This document shows positions 40,801 through 54,210 of a stretch of 64,000 bases of DNA, in pieces. Origin of the DNA: Tubiluchus corallicola (taxonomy: Eukaryota > Animalia > Priapulida); NCBI GenBank assembly GCA_030141605.1, contig JAQGDQ010000010.1:248001-312000 (forward strand), given 5' to 3'. Within the stretch, counting starts at the first letter, position 1, and each line of letters opens with the position of its first letter. Position numbers and translations under genes: made by a program. The notes beneath the pieces were generated by a model that worked only from the letters and a program-made list of their open reading frames with translations, was not told where the DNA came from and did no database searches.

Positions 40801-41292
40801 AAAATAAGCAAATACGCACTTACTACTGAGTTACCAGAAAAACCAGATTTGATATTTCGCATCTTACTGGAAAATCTACTGGATATCGATCAATGAATGA
40901 GTGCACAAATAAATGAATGGGTGGCTGAATAAGTGAATAAACGAACAAACAAACGAATGGAATCGACAAATTGCAAAAATCTCCTAAAAAGCCAACAATG
41001 TCTTTAATGTCAATTTACTTAATGTTCCATTTATTATCGCTAAGAAGCGCTTTCTTGTTATTCAAATCATTAAATGAATGAATGAATTAATGAATTCATG
41101 GTAAAATTAGTAAAACATTATTGTGAAGTAAAAATTTAAGCCTGGCAATATTAATGAAGATTGTGTAATTTTCATACGCCGTTTTTTATAACCTTGCCCT
41201 TCATCCATTTAAAAGTTTAACGAAATAAAAAATGTTATGTTTTCGTTAAAATCTTCGCTACAAATAGAGGAATTGTAAATAACTTTTTCGAA

Positions 41293-41344
41293 TTGTTGTT
41301 GTTGTTGTTTGCTGATGCTGCTGTTGTTGTTATTGTTATTGTTA

Positions 41345-41437
<93 letters not shown>
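41293..41437. repeat. (TTG)n/(TTA)n microsatellite
   Basis: Directly visible; explains the poly-Asn ORF 41209-41475. Confidence 0.97.
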
Positions 41438-41440
<3 letters not shown>

Positions 41441-44400
41441 AACGGATGAGTAGGTAGGTGAGCGAATAAACTCATCAGTACTCAGTAATTTTATGGAAAT
41501 TAAAATAATAATTGAACTAAATAATAAATGACCACAAGGCATAATGCGACAGTGACTGACTAACTTACTGATCAATCACCAGGGCAACAACGAACAAACA
41601 ACTGAATAAGAAAACGAATGAAGAAATAAGCAAACAAATGAAAGGAAAAATAATATTAACGCGAATATCTTAAAAATCAAATTAAAAATTAACGGGTGCA
41701 CGGGAAATAAGAATTTTCCACCAGAGGACACCCTTCGAAGCATCATGCGCAGGAAAAGCAAAACGAATGAAACCTTGACAGCAAACCAAGAACTTGTTGC
41801 TTAGTGGTTACAAAAGAGGTTCATTTTGCCGCATCTCCTTAGTAACAACAAAGACTCAGCAACGTCAAGCACGAACAGAAACACAGTACCCAGGGGTTTA
41901 ATTAAAGCAGCCGCTTGCAATATATACATGCTCTCCAGCTCTTCACCTGCTTGTCAGAGGTACTTTAATTGCGCGACAGCGAAGTATGTCAAAAGAATAT
42001 CTCTCTCCTGAAACCGCGACTCTTGTTTAATTCTGCTTTAATTAAGAAACGAGAGACAGAAGCAGAGCGTGGAGGTAATATTGTACAAGGTTATAGCTCG
42101 AGCAAGAATTATACAGGTATTGATTAGGGAGATCACAGCAGACAAGATAAGAAGCTAGTAGGTGGGCATAGCATTTTGTCTACACGCACGAATTCATCAC
42201 TTAGAAATACGTAAAACAGGCGAGGCTAAAAACTAGAAATTATAAATAACTTTTATATACAGCGAGAGAATAAAAAATACATGAACGACTTTACCGTATA
42301 GTGTATAGTGTAAGCACGTATATAGTGCATATTGGTTAAACGGGCATTAAAATAAACATGCAGTGCATCTTATATCCAATTATTCCTTTCATAATCTGAT
42401 AATAATCATGTCCTTCCTTCGTTTATGTTACCATTATGTCAGTAGTAATTAGTTGCACCACGGATTATGCAACATGCTCAGCTTAGGGGGTGCAAACTTA
42501 GCTTAGCGCTGCAGGTCCATGCACAGTATATGGTCTCTGTTCTTTTGTATTTATAGATGAAATACTGAAAAAATACAGAATGAATTGTATAAACTATAAG
42601 CACTTCGTAAATATTAGGCATGCAAAAAACGCTTAAACGCTTGCACTTTACATATATCATTAAAATGAACAGTGAGCAAACATTACTTATGCGTAACTGT
42701 AATATTGGTGGGCCAAAAGGCAATAAAAGTTTGCTAAACACACACCTTATTGGTCTACATCGAAACGATATGAAAAATTTTCGAATTTGTCTTATTTCAA
42801 CATGTTTTTCTGCGATTTCCTCCAGGTCTGCTATATTTGGCTTCCTAACGATAATAGCTGTCATGCAACATTAACTGTATTCATGAGCAAGTACAGTAGG
42901 CTCAGGTATCAGAGATAGTGCCCTCAACCTGACCTAGATATTGTGTACAGTTTTCTACGAAGCAGCCTGCATGAAAGTAGAAACAAATTTAAAATATGCG
43001 AAGATCATAAAGTCCGTCTAGACAAAATTATTTGTACTGTACATCAACACCCACACAAAAATATGTAACACAGATAAAGAGCTATTGGTTAAACATGATA
43101 ATAATAATTATTTGTAGCAAAAAAAAACATATTAAAACACGATTATTGTAGAATTTTAAAAGTTATAAACTAAAAATGCAAGTTGTAATTGTAAGTTAAT
43201 CACACAATACTAAGCAAATAATACAAACACGTTCACATGAATTCCAGGTCTGCATTCTGTTCATAAGATTTTTGAAAGATAGTAATTTAAATAGGAAACT
43301 TTTTTGTCATTGGACGATGCTACATACTATTCTCAATAATATAACACATTCAAGTGTATAACAAGTTCTGTATCTTCTAGTATAATATAATAAAATTATT
43401 ATTAAAATAAAGGGCATTATAAGCTAATGTACACCAAGAGATAATTGTACTAGTTCAATTTTCTTCATAACCAGTGCTGACTGGTTTGTGAACAAACAGA
43501 AAAACTTGTTCTACATAATTTGGCAAATCGCTGATTTTAGTGCTAAAAAGTAAAATTGAAAAAAAATTGGCTATAATTAACAAATGACAAACATTGTCAA
43601 CCAAATCAGTTAACTTGATTAAGTTTTATTTGATATGTAAAACACAATGATGTTTTTTTGTGTACACTTGCTCTGTAAAAACATCGCAAATAACTAAAAG
43701 GGAACATATTAGATTACAGCAAATCGCCTAATTACAATGAATTAATTAGAAAATACTGGCACAACGCCTGGAATTTTTTCAGAATGTTGCTGAAAACAAA
43801 GATTCTGTTATGCATTCATATAACGATTAAAACCTTTGCAGCATTCTATCGATAGGAACGGAGTAAAAGAATAGAACTTTTATATCACCCGAAGCTGCAA
43901 GCTATTGATTCTAACCTAGCTGTTCGTGAAACTGTTTTACTCAGTATAATTGAACATGAAAAGTACAGTTACACCTGTTTCTTTATTATTGATATTTTAA
44001 TGCGAGCTTACCGACAGAAACTGTCTGGAGTCTCACTCCGCAGTCTACACCGTACGACATGCATTTTAATTTACCATACATATTATAATTGTAGCATGTA
44101 TTGTAAAGACTTAGGGAGAATATAAACCGTTTAATAATTACGCGGCGAAATTACTGTAAACAGGCTTCCTGTAACTCTCAGTGGCCGCAAATAGCAATGA
44201 CTGCATAACTCTCACATAAAAATGTTTATTAAATCTTATTGTGAGGACACACTGGCAAAGCAATAAGCTACTATAGTGACTATACAAAAATTTAGTGCAC
44301 AGTAGGAGGCCTGCAAGAAGATTTACGCCACACGCAGGTATAGCCTCAAGTGAATATTTATTTTAGTTTGCCAAGATTGCACGAAGCGTGAAACTGTAAA

Positions 44401-45837
44401 AACTTGTTCAGCTAGGAATCCTATAATCATCTATAGCATTTTTTCCTAGCAAATGACCCATCTGTCAGCAAACACAATTACAGAAATTTCTTGCGATTAC
44501 CTTGGCAAAATACTTTAAATGGAACTCACTAATTACTATGGCTTGAAGCATTAAAGAACCACCTTTTAGAGTGAGCATTATAGACTAATTAAAGGTTAGA
44601 AAGTCAACTTACAAATGAGACCCAGTAGCCTAGGGACCCAAGAAATTTAATCAATCAATACCGGTATCTTCTTCCATTCTTCTGTCCCTAAATTTCTTAG
44701 ATATATTCATATCCAAACAAGTCTACAAATCCTTGATAATATTTTTGATAAGAATAATAGCTTGTTATGACGTAGGAAAACTGCATTAAACGCACAAGGT
44801 AGATTTCGAGAGGTATGGCCATCCAGAAAAGTGTATGAGAATAATACTACATCAATAACGAATCTAAGATCCAATATACTTTAATAAAAACAGTTTTTGA
44901 GAATAACTTACCTGTGTATATTTAGCTGCTATGTGAACAATGCGTGAAGTCAACACTTTCACTGCTGGATACTCTCTTCTAGTATCTTGTTCAATTCAAA
45001 AATCCGTTCTTTAGCGAATTTAAAATTCACCCTACCTGTTTTATGATCTGCGGAACAGCGTGAGCCGGGCACATTCCACAAACACATAAATCATGTATAC
45101 AATGCTGTAATGTTACTCGGGCAACTTCGAGAGTCTGTCACACCGAATGAATCTCGTTCAGTGCGATCACCAGTTTTTACTACGTCAGCAAAACAAGCTG
45201 CGTGTGAGCTAGATTGCTCGAAATTCAGTGGAATTGTACATATAAATCCAAACCAATTGAACGCAAAATCCAGATTTAGCGTTCACACCAATTTTACATG
45301 TTATAAATATTCAAGAACATGCTATTGTTTCCAGAATCCTGTATATAAATCATAACAAAAGATAGTACTTCTATGTCTTATGCAAACACAGTAATTTTGC
45401 CTCTGCGCAGAATGATGGCCGCTACGAAAATAAGGACGAGAAATTATTCTTTAATGATCTCTCCACCACGTTGCGCTGAGCTACTTGCACTTAAACAATA
45501 GACACGCACAAGAAATGATCAATGTTTCCATGCGAGTGATGCTGAGACCTCTCCGTCTTGTTCACTCTCTTGCATGCTGGCTCAGCCGCCAGTCGGGTAA
45601 GTCCACTCGTAACATTAAAGGGAGTTATGGTGCTTCTGCGCATGTGCAGCTGAGGGATGTGAACGAATTGTCTAGCTATGAATGTTCTGGTGACCAACTG
45701 TAACTTCTGCAATCTTTTCTTTCTCTCATATTAACCTTTATGTTCTAAGTTAACTGCACTGCATTATGTCCATTTAAAAAGTCTGTATTACCTTGCAAAA
45801 AATCGTTATCATTTTTAATCTGAAAAATAGCACTTAC

Positions 45838-46222
<385 letters not shown>

Positions 46223-48974
46223 TTTAGTTCAAAGAACACATGTAATTGTGATGATACTTTCACGTAACATGCAGTACAGTTTTTGCATTGTGCCTGTACT
46301 GAACAGCTGTGGAGCTTTCAAGCAAAGCAAAATTTGTCTAACCCTATAAAATGCATTCGCACAACAATAGCCTACTTTGCTTATACGCTGGTGCATGGGA
46401 CTGGCACAAAGATGGTATTGTGAGCCTTGAACAAGGTATGGCACGCCTTCTTCGTCCCTTCAATTGGACCCCATGCCTTGAGTTGCTGAACTGAATGCAA
46501 ACAGATTATAAAATCAATAATTATTTTCCAGCAGTTTTTTAATGATTTAAAAATATCAAGGTAAAAATAGTGTTGTCTGGCACTAAGTTCCTTTATATTG
46601 ATAATTTTAGACAGAACATTGATTTTCTACGCATTATATTGCAATCGACGTATAATTTTCTAAGAGTGGCTACCTTTGGTTGCCAGTAAATCAGCCTCTT
46701 AAACGCGATTAAAGGTGAACACGCAATTTCAGGTAATTTTACACTTATCGTGCGGTGTAACTAGTATTGTTTTTCGTGAGATGATCTAGATTACGGTAAA
46801 GACGTTGTTCGTGCTCAATAATTAACTCGGCAGGCAGTGATCTGTTATTAGGATTTCAACACACGGCTGGCAGTCGGATCGAATACACCAAAATTCGCTC
46901 CAGTACAAAGAAAATTTGACACGAATCCGCATGTAAACAGCAAGATAATTTAAAATCAACAATGCAGATTGCACCGTGGATACCTGAACATCTTGGCACC
47001 CCAGAATGATTTTCTGCTCTTCAATAATTGCAATTATTTGGCAGCAATTATCATGTTTCAGGAAGAAACTGCACGTTTCCACAACATATCAGACATGCAG
47101 ATGTGTATAATTTTATTGATATTACTAAACATCTGAGTAAGGTTTCTGCATTCTTGATTTCTTGTTTTTCATGAACATTTCTAGCTTTAACGATCATAAA
47201 TAACAGTTACAATACCGTAATAGTTCTATTCTATTTTCTCACACGTGCAAACAAAAATATTATAAATTCAAACTTTGTGAAGATTACTCTCCCTTGACGA
47301 GGCCTCTTCTATTTGGCGCTAATTGGTACACTCACGACTTCTTCGTTGGTTTCAAATGGAACCTGTTACTGTGCGTCAAATTTCTATTTTGCCAAAAGAA
47401 AAAATTAATTTTGATTGTAAATTGTAAAGAATACAAAAAATATTTCTAATATGACGTCGGATCAGTTTCATATTTCATGTTGTATTATTCATCTGGGGTC
47501 GTATGATTATCTAAATTGTGAATTGTGATTGTTTAGATTAATTATAATAAATCAATCTTTAATGGGTCAAGCTACTCAAGAAAATTAAACCGACAATTAT
47601 GATCTCTTTAGATTTTAAAAGAACTAATTTTTATTAACTGCTATTATGATAGCTATATTTTAAGTTTCGGTGTAGCATTTAAGTAACAAATCTTGCTGAA
47701 GTTTGATAGATATTACTTTGTTCTTCACTCTTTGTGAGTTTTCATTTAGGGAACAATTTAAAAATTAATTAATTAAACAACTCTAATAAATTAACTAATT
47801 ATTCAATTTAATCAATTGAGTGAATACTTTGGAGTTGAAAACAAGTTGACGGACAGAGTGACCGAGCGAGTGAAGAAACCAAGGAATTACCGGACTTTTT
47901 AGGACCCAAGCTGACTCTTAGTAATAACGAATCCTGTCTGAGCCGCCAAGTTTGTAATTCGAAAAAGTTTTGTTTTTTAAAAAAAGAACTATTGCAATCT
48001 ATTTTTTTCAAACGTGTGCTTCTTTCAACCAAGAAAAGTAGATGCCCAGGTAGTCTCATGATGGTTGATGTCCCAAGTGCCGAGGAGTAAAAGGAAAACA
48101 AAACTACCTGAATTATTCTCCGTCGTCACTTTAGCATTTTCTCTCAATCTTATTCAGAGACTGTTCAACGCAAAAGAGAGAAATAACTTCTAATTTGCTT
48201 CAATTTAGTGAAAGGAGATTTAATAATTTAGTTTGTCGCTACTCTGTGCCTACATATTTTTGCGACGACGCAACTTATCATTCTGCCCAACTTAACAGTT
48301 GTCATAATTCTCATCATCCCAAGGCGCCTCTCAGTTTCCTCTTTTGGATGCAATTTTGTAAATGCTTCTGTTTTGACGAGTGTAATAAAATGCTGAGTGC
48401 CTCTTACTGGTGTCCATTACGTCTACATTCATCGTGGTCATTACTTATACGCCAGTAATGTAAATTGCAAACCAATTCGATAAATACAACATAGCAAAGA
48501 AATTAGTTGTATTTATTAAGTACTATTCCCTTAGCAGCCAGTACTATTATATTGCATAATGGACTTATAGTGTCAGTGCAATTATCATTAATATCTTAAT
48601 AATATTATCGTCGTCGTCGTTGTCGCCAACATCATCTTCAATAGTGTCTTTTTTTCACTATTAATCAGTTAAGGAAGTCGTTCGTGCCGTATCTCGTTTG
48701 AAAAAGGGAAAGTCTTAAAAAACATCGTTCTGGTAGAGTCAATTTACTGACTTACCGAAAAAAATGCAAGAAAACGTTTTATGGTGTTTTCTTGAAGTAT
48801 ATGGTTCAAATAATCACGTATCAAAAACAGGCCATTTGGTAGGCAGAACTCTAAAATAAAAGAAATCTGTCCTCAAGACAAGTAAACGAGCAGTTATCTA
48901 GCAAAAAGCTAGACACTGTTATGCCAATGGCTTATCAGCACTAATTTGAGCACAAGTGAGTGGTCTAATTATGA

Positions 48975-49500
48975 CGCCTAAAAATATGGCCGCCATTTGA
49001 CCAAAATGAATCAGAATGGTGGGAAAAATACTCATTTTGACTCAAAAGTATGAAACTTTGCACCGTGCTAGAACCCATTGAGGTAATTATTTTCGTTAAG
49101 AAGTCAATCGAAATTCGTGCGATGTGGCTGTAATTTTCAAGATGGCAGACAATTAGGCTGCTGCTTGTTTATGAGAGCTGTATTTTAGCTGTCAGGACAG
49201 ACAGTATAATGGTAAGATGTGACTTAGATGTCTAAATATAGGTTTTCAAGGTCAAGGAATCTACATCTGATGCATAGAAGCCCCTATAATATCACTCCAT
49301 TGCAAGATGGATGCTAAGATGGCTGCAAACATTGCACAAAATGTCAGACTTGTTCACTTTGCCTAAAAACATGAAACTTTGCACAAAGCTAAAACCTATC
49401 CGATTGATTAATTTTGGATATGGAGCCAGTCTAAAATTATTTAAGTCTGGTCACAGTATTCAGAATTGCTGACAAGATGATTGCTGCTAGCTTATAAGGG
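48975..49500. repeat. Decayed interspersed repeat with ~320-bp internal periodicity
   Basis: AAA(G/A)(T/C)ATGAAACTTTGCAC...GCTA(G/A)AACC at ~49045 and ~49365, plus recurring (C/T)AAGATGG / ATATGGCCGCC motifs; termini not identifiable. Confidence 0.55.
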
Positions 49501-49861
49501 CCATATCATTTGGGAATTGTGAACAATGTCTACCTGTTTTGTCAACTAAACGTGTTGTCACAATGTAGCTAGGTTATGTGTGATCGCTGATATGGCTTCT
49601 CGCATGAATATTACATTGTACGTTGTTGCAGTAAATAAATGGTAAATAAATCATATTCTTCTTCTTCGTCATCATCATTATTATTATTATCATCTTCGGG
49701 ATTAACATCATTATTATTATCATCTTCGGTTTTAACATCATTACTGTAGTTGCCATGCTCACTGTTTTAATTTAATGTAGTTCTAAAATTGTCAGCGCAC
49801 AGAAAGTAGTGTAAAATCGCCTTAATACCATTGTCACATCACCATCGTAATTATTATCGTC

Positions 49862-49862
49862 G

Positions 49863-49913
<51 letters not shown>
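49862..49913. repeat. (ATC)n microsatellite
   Basis: Directly visible. A related 33-bp two-copy tandem (CATCATTATTATTATCATCTTCGG) lies at ~49672-49742. Confidence 0.95.
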
Positions 49914-50655
49914 GTATCATATGCGCCATTGTCATCGTCATCATGCTCTATAGTAGCCTGGAAATTGCTCTGGCAATTTTACACGCAACTTTGTGCTGCC
50001 ATCAGGTGGGCGCAATAAGAACGAAACTAAATTGCTTACTGATATTTTGATACATTTAGCTTACAGAAGCAACTCAACAGAAGCTCCACAAACACTCGTC
50101 TGGCGACACTATAATTATAGCCGAATAGTCACGATTATGTACTTAGCAACACCAAGCCCGGACGATAAATGGATGGAAAACCGTCATGGAGAATGCTTCT
50201 GGACAATTTTATCTGCCATATTGCCCCAGCTATTTACGTCATTAGGAAAGATGTACATCTGATCATACCTTATAGGGACTCTAGTTTTTGCCAATTGCAG
50301 GAATGTACTTTGGATTAGAGCAAAGGACATTTTCATTTAATATTAGATTTATAATAATGATCAATTTACTGTACTTTTCTAGCACAGTATCTAGCAAACC
50401 ACTTCTCCCTTGTAGTTGCAGGTTTTCTTGACAAACGGAATGTTCGACTTTTAGCATATTCTGAACTAAGGGAAAGGTCTTTCAATTTGTCATTAGTTTT
50501 TGTTAATCAAAAAGTATTTTAATTATCTGGGTTGCATTTTCGAAAAATGTTACTGCACAAGATTAGATGTCATAAATTTATTGTAGTTGTCAACTAAATT
50601 GTAAAAATTTGAATGCACTTTTTCTAGTCTAAGCAACATTTTTTTTTTATTTTGC

Positions 50656-51274
50656 GAGGCTAAGAAAATGGCATTCGACTTTTTATTCACGTACTAAAAT
50701 GACAAGTTGGAGATCAGGAGAACACGCCCATATTAATTTTTACACCCATAATTATATATCCATAGTTATCTTTATGGTACCTCTTTGTCAGTCTATTGAG
50801 TACTGAGTGGCAGCACAGTTAGGCAAGCTGAACACAGCTAACTCACTTCAGCTATTCCCCACTTGTGTATAATAATTATCTGTCGCTTTAACGGAATTTA
50901 TCGCTGTAAACCTTCAGCCAAAACTTGGCTATATAGTGTAAGGATCGCAAAAAATCGTAATTTTTGATTAAAATTTTAATGTCCTCTTCTTTTTTGAGAC
51001 TAAGAAGAAGGCATTCGACTTTTTGTTTACGTAGTAAAGATGACAAGTTTCAGGCGAACACACTCATATTTTACACCCATGGCTATCTTTATGGCAATTT
51101 TTTCAGTTTTTTGTAATTCAATTTGAAAATCTACTGAGTATTGCAGTAGTAGCAACGAAGTTAGACGAACTGAACACAGCTAATTCACTTCAGCTATTCG
51201 CCGTTTGCGTATAAGTAGCTATTGCTGTAACTGAATCCACGAGCGCTGGTTGAATCTGCAGCTAAAACTTGACT
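50656..51274. repeat. Diverged tandem duplication (~340-bp period) immediately upstream of BLCAP
   Basis: Colinear shared blocks GGCATTCGACTTTTT, ATGACAAGTT, TTTTACACCCAT, TATCTTTATGG, TACTGAGT, CTGAACACAGCTAA(C/T)TCACTTCAGCTATTC and CAGC(C/T)AAAACTTG(G/A)CT in 50656-50930 and 50996-51274. Confidence 0.85.
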
Positions 51275-51454
51275 GTCGCAACTGCTGTTTACGCCATCGA
51301 GATAAAAAGAGGGAAAATGTTGGCTTTGTGAAATTTCTGTAGTTTGTTGTGTGATAGAGCTTACATTTTAGTTTGACCGGCAGGGAAGTACGTGGTTCAA
51401 ATGTCTTTGTGACAAGATTGTCTGCAATACAAAAAATACTACTAGATCTTTACA

Positions 51455-51721
51455 ATGTACTGTCTGCAGTGGCTGATACCGGTGCTGCTAATTCCAAAAC
51501 CACTGAATCCGGCGCTTTTACAGAATCATGTTATGTTTATGGCTTTGTATTTGACAGGATTCTTCTTGGAGCGAAAGCCTTGCACCATATGCAGCTTAGT
51601 GTTTATTGCGGCTGTGATTATTATTTGTTACAGTGGACTAGGGTGGTGTATTTTCTGGAATGATGTTGATGGCTCCTGCCCAACTGGATCTGATGTTAGC
51701 CACAGTAGCGGGCTGCTGTGA
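51455..51721 (+). CDS. BLCAP: Bladder cancer-associated protein (BLCAP/BC10), 88 aa, single coding exon
   Basis: [22 protein letters not shown]...[34 protein letters not shown] matches the family signature [21 protein letters not shown]...[11 protein letters not shown]......ICYS. Two hydrophobic segments; AT-rich 3' region with AATAAA at 51880, 52842 and 53240. Confidence 0.97.
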   Translation: MYCLQWLIPVLLIPKPLNPALLQNHVMFMALYLTGFFLERKPCTICSLVFIAAVIIICYSGLGWCIFWNDVDGSCPTGSDVSHSSGLL

Positions 51722-54193
51722 TTCGTGGTGTGGCTCTTGCCATGATGTCGTAATCAAAAAACCCTACATCTATTGGTTATTTGGAGCAGTTCTTGAAAAT
51801 TGTCAATGGCAACATCCTGGTTTCGTTTCTGAAGCAATTGGGAAATTACTTTGCACATGATTTTTTTTCTATAATGAGTAATAAATCTTGTGGAGTCTGT
51901 TGAACTCATACTTTGCTTTTGTTTTTTATAAAAACTGTATTTATTTGAAAATGCTTAAACTTGACTTCAACACAGAAGTATCTGGTTCTTGCTGATATTT
52001 TTTTGTTTTAGTTAATGGGTTAGTTACTTACTATTTATTTAGCAAACAAAATACTAATACCATGATTGATATTTGTGCATATACATGCAATAGTAAAACT
52101 AATTGGTTACTGTTATAAAACTGAAATTGTATTTTCTTGAACTAAACAATATGTTGTCAAATAAGTTACAGTTTGTATGCAATGAAAATGATATAATAGT
52201 GTGATAAAGTCCTTTGATTCAAAAAAGAGTTCTAATAGTTTTAGTAGTTTTTTAAGATAAGGTTTTGGTGGTAGGAATAGAAGATTTCTCAGCAGAATAG
52301 AATGTTTTATAATTTTATTTATTGCCATTTGCCTTAAAATCTTGTAAATGTTGTACAGTATGTATGGTTAAAAAACAGTTTGGTACTGTAAAATTTTGCA
52401 GAGCTACTCGTCAGTTGTTAGAAAAATGGACTTACTATGCATTTTACTGTGTGTTTGCCAAACAGTGATAAAAATGAAAATTACAGTTTGTTCCAGTTTG
52501 CATTTGTGACAGCAGCTGTATGTTTGTGATTGTTAACCTAATTTAGATTTTGAAAATTTAACTTCTTGTTGGATAGCCGGTGCTTTTTATCAAAAAGTCA
52601 TACACATTTATAAGATGTGTATTTTTATATCGAATGTAACTAATTATTAATACAACAGGCATCTGTTTGTAGTAGCACCTTGATTACCTGATTGCTACTC
52701 AACTGAAAGACAAATTATTCAAACTAAATGATTGAAATGTCTACTGAAACACTGTTTTTCACTTACAGCTTAAGCTATATGTAAATCAACTATATTAGGA
52801 CTCATGTTTTGAAGTGCTGCTCTTCAAAATCCAAATAGGATAATAAATTGTTCACATCCAGTTCACTGCGCAAAACTAGAATAGGCTGTTCTATAGTTGC
52901 TTTATATGTATTACTATGATTAGTAATAGTACAGCCAGCTAGTTACAGTGATCAACAACTTTATTTACTAAGTACTTGCAAAACTAAACATTGTAATTTC
53001 AGCTTACTAAGCCTAGTTACAATTGTTTTTCTCTTGAATTAAGGTCTATGATTAATAGTGTTACGTTCAGCTTGTCTAAGTTTATATAGCAAGCTGTCAC
53101 TGTAGAGTTAAAACTTTAGCAGCGTGCTTTGACCTGTACTCTATTTTTCTAAAAATATATCTGATAAATTGTATTATGTAAGAGATGAAGGAGAACGCAA
53201 AACTTGAATGCCAAAGTTTAGAAAGGATATCAGTCTGTGAATAAAAAAAAACATGATTTATTGAATATTATTTGCCAACTTGACCAATTTGCAAGTATGC
53301 TTCAAAATATTATTTTATTTGGAGCATGTAGAATAATGAGTTGATAGTTTGTCCTGGCATGTAATATGAAAACTTTTGGTACAGTACAGTTGCAAATGTG
53401 TGTTTTTGTTTAACAGTTATCTATACTTTGATCTCTAATTGTATGCAAACGATAATAATTATGACAGCATTGGATAGTTGAATTTTTAGTATCATTTTTA
53501 TATTGTTACACGTTTTGATAGTTTAAGTAGGCAATGGCTAAAACTTTGTTGCAGAAAAGTTATTTACAATATCATTACTATGTAAAATTAATGTTGAACA
53601 CATACTTATTTGGTCCGGTTATTGATAAACATTTTACTAAGTGATAGTGCTTATAATATAATTAATTCACATCAATCTAGCTTTCTAACAACATTATGTC
53701 GATATATCTTCATATTTCTATTCTATAATTTGGTTTTGAAAATAACATGTAAATGTTCTTAACCTACTTGTATTTCTGTTAAAATGAAACGATAGAGTGT
53801 TCAAATTTTGCTCTAATTATATTTGTGTAAATGTGGATGCCATAATGCAGTCAGGATTGATGGTTTTGTTTAGATGACGTTGCTGGTCAACATACTTGTG
53901 CTATAGGTGGAACTACTAAAGGCAGCATCAAGCCATTATTTGTACATAACATATTGAAGAATATTTTGTATGATAATTGTTTATGTAAAAAAGTTCCTAG
54001 TACCAAAAAGTGAATTGGTGGTTTGTTTTGCCTGTGTTATGTTTTTCTCTGAACGCTGACATGATCTAACAACTTCATAACATAGAAAACGAATTGTTTT
54101 GCAAGTTTCAAACAAATTATGCAGGCAGAAACTGACAAGAATTTTTCTTGTGCATAGAAGTCCAAAGGTAGTTTTCATTTCTTACCATACCAG

Positions 54194-54210
54194 CTAGTAG
54201 GTGGCAGCAC
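54194..54210 (+). promoter_or_regulatory. CTCF-like motif
   Basis: CTAGTAGGTGGCAGCAC is one mismatch from the CCASYAGRKGGCRS core; motif match only. Confidence 0.4.

Noticed and set aside
51373-51860. ORFs 51373-51663 and 51660-51860 overlapping BLCAP
   Set aside because: Alternative frames of the real BLCAP CDS and UTR with no independent homology.
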